From the human T2T-CHM13v2.0 reference genome, Homo sapiens, in assembly GCF_009914755.1 (NCBI RefSeq), contig NC_060932.1: DNA of 64,000 bases. The stretch is one strand, 5' to 3'. Numbering within the stretch: position 1 is the stretch's first letter; the number at the start of each line of letters is the position of its first letter. The translations under genes were made by a program, and so were the position numbers. Shown here one piece after another: positions 61,682 through 64,000 of this stretch. Below the pieces are notes generated by a model. It worked only from the letters and a program-made list of their open reading frames with translations. It was not told the origin of the DNA and did not search any database.

Positions 61682-62643
61682 CTATAATCATGGGTAATAA
61701 ACCAGACTGGCTGTGTTTAAGTTCACCACATAAATGATAAGCTACTGAAAACAATAATTCTATTATGTTACTATATAAATTTTACTTTGTTGAAATTATT
61801 ATCCCATAGTCATGAGATCAATGAGATCTCAAATTTTCAGTTTACAACAAGAAAAAAGAATGCAATTAACATACAGCCAATAAATAAACTGTATCATATT
61901 TTTGCCTGCCACAACAAATAATATTTTATATCCATGTTATTAACATATATATATATATATATAACTAATAATAGCCTGATTGGCAAATAAAAAGTACTGC
62001 TACTTAAAATGTTTTCAAATTAATTAGTAATTCTGCAATTTAGAAAGTAGTCAGTAGTAAACTATGAATAGAATAATTTCATATGCAATTGAAGATTATA
62101 AATGTTCTTACATATGTAAAGCTTCCACATTTTTGTTGATCATCACTGCCTTTTCCTTATGATATACAGTTTTATAAAATCTTGGTTAGTTGTGACATAG
62201 GAACCCAAATGCTCTTCCTTTAAATTGTTATGTCATATAAAGCACTTTTTAGTAAACCTTTTATAGTTTATTATAGTCTTCTGACATAAACCATGCATAT
62301 TTTTGCATGGTTTATTTTTAATACAAATTTTAACAAATAATTATGTTTGTTATTTAAAAGTAGAAAATTATAATGGATGAAAAGCAGTACCCCTTGTAGT
62401 CTTAGCACAGAGTGATAAATACCACTTTGTTTTTTACTGAATTGTTAAATTTAAAATATAATTAAATCAAGAATTTTTCACAATGTCAGGAACATTGATT
62501 TCGAAATGAGCACGTATTTTCAAAGTGTAATTGAAGTTCCCAAAATTCTCACTTTCATTTACTGTTTGATTGTAGATTGTCATTTATAACTTTGGTTTTT
62601 AAAATTTTAAAATACCATATTCGATTTCATTTTTTCGTATTTA

Positions 62644-62700
62644 TTTATTTATTTATTATACTTTAAGTTCTGAGATACATGTACAGAACGTGCAGGTTTG
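62644..62700 (-). mobile_element. Very short L1PA 3' terminal insertion
   Basis: (TTTA)n + 'tatactttaagttctgagatacatgtacagaacgtgcaggtttg'; TSD ttc(g/a)tattta at 62634-62643 and 62701-62710. Confidence 0.85.
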
Positions 62701-63133
62701 TTCATATTTAATCTCTTAATTATTAAAGCAATAAATACTTATTTGGAAAAATAAAGAAAACCTTAAGAAGCAAATTGAAATTTCTGATTGCTATTTGATA
62801 TTCAAAACTTTGACTAAAAAATAATTCTAAGTTTTTAATAGCAACGTCTCCATTTCTATATTCCAAAGGACAAAGAGAATAACGCAGCAAAAATTACTGA
62901 ATGAAAATTGAGATACTAAAAGTAACAAATGCAAACCTATAGATATAACACATGTAAAGGTAAACATTTGAATGGGAAATACAATATTTAAATCCGTCTG
63001 TATAGTGTTTTCTCTATTGAGTCACTATGGTTTGCTTTTAACGCATGTCTGAATACGTTCAATCAGCCTTTTGCTAAACGTCCAAGGGGGAAGAAATAAT
63101 CTTTTATAGGCATTGCCTCATGGTAGATAATTC

Positions 63134-63197
63134 TGACTTCCCTAATCTACCTAGGTGTATTTATATATTTTGACTTCCCTTATCTACCTGGGTACAT
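63134..63197. repeat. 37-bp-period tandem duplication (2 copies)
   Basis: tgacttccctaatctacctaggtgtat / tgacttcccttatctacctgggtacat. Confidence 0.85.
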
Positions 63198-63659
63198 TCC
63201 TACAAAACAGAAAAATGCCAAGTGATATCTTGGAATATCAACTTATTTCTAAATATATCAACAATCAAATGAACAGCATTTGTTCATTAAAGACTGATAG
63301 ACACGTGCATACATTATGCATACATACATGTATGTATACATACATTATACATTCCTTACAACCTCCCTCAGTAAATCATTCAGAGACTTAATTCTTTGTT
63401 AAAAACTTTTTTTTTCTTTTTACAAACTGAAAGTTTGTATATTTTAATTTTGGCATTGTTCTTTATTTATTTTCCAAAAATATTTATCTTCTATACATTA
63501 AGACAAGGGTTGGTTATAGATAAAATCACAAGGAAGCAATCTTATCTTGAATCTTGTTCAACCACATCTTTGATTTACTTTTTTCCCTCCTATTCAAAAA
63601 GTCTTCAAAGCCTTTTTCTCACAGCCCATGCATTAATGTGAAACACAGGGACGGGTATC

Positions 63660-63890
63660 CATTGTTGAGGCTCTGCTAGCTCGGAAGAGCTATGCCAGGT
63701 GTCTTAGCACATCTCAGTGAGCCTCAAAACAACTTTTTAAGCTTCAATTTACAAACTAAAATAAATAAATAAATAAATAAAGCTCAAAGCATCTTAGCAG
63801 CCAAAGTCACACAGATAATTAGTAAATACTGAAACTTATATTTGAACCCTGCTCTCTGAGACTCCAGATCTGTGCTTATAATAATCACTC
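63660..63890 (-). mobile_element. MIR
   Basis: 'gccaaagtcacacagataattagt...tttgaaccctgctctctgagactccaga' is antisense MIR. Confidence 0.65.
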
Positions 63891-64000
63891 TATCACAGTG
63901 ATCTTTTAGTTATTTTCAAGGTGTTAATGTTTTATTATGAAATATTTTAGACAGACAAGAAGCATAAATATAATATGGCATATATCGCTGCTTTTATCTA

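Overview
AT-rich primate (hominoid, probably human) genomic DNA, mostly intergenic or intronic and dominated by interspersed repeats: two long 5'-truncated L1PA3/4-type LINE-1s (one with a twin-priming 5' inversion), shorter L1PA 3' ends, Alus, MaLR/ERV LTRs (THE1, MST, MLT1, ERV1), a long nested L2, MIRs, Tigger MITEs and microsatellites. Nearly all listed ORFs are L1 ORF2 remnants or chance ORFs in repeats. A cluster of GT-AG-bounded candidate exons on the minus strand (61.1-63.2 kb) may be the 3' end of a gene I cannot name. The most notable signal is that three pairs of neighbouring repeats (L1PA4/L1PA3, L1PA7/L1PA7, AluS/AluJ) share non-consensus, non-CpG variants, consistent with local short-patch gene conversion. 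There are also two locally templated insertions (37 bp and ~350 bp) at rearrangement junctions. Subfamily names come from remembered consensus sequences and need RepeatMasker/Dfam confirmation.
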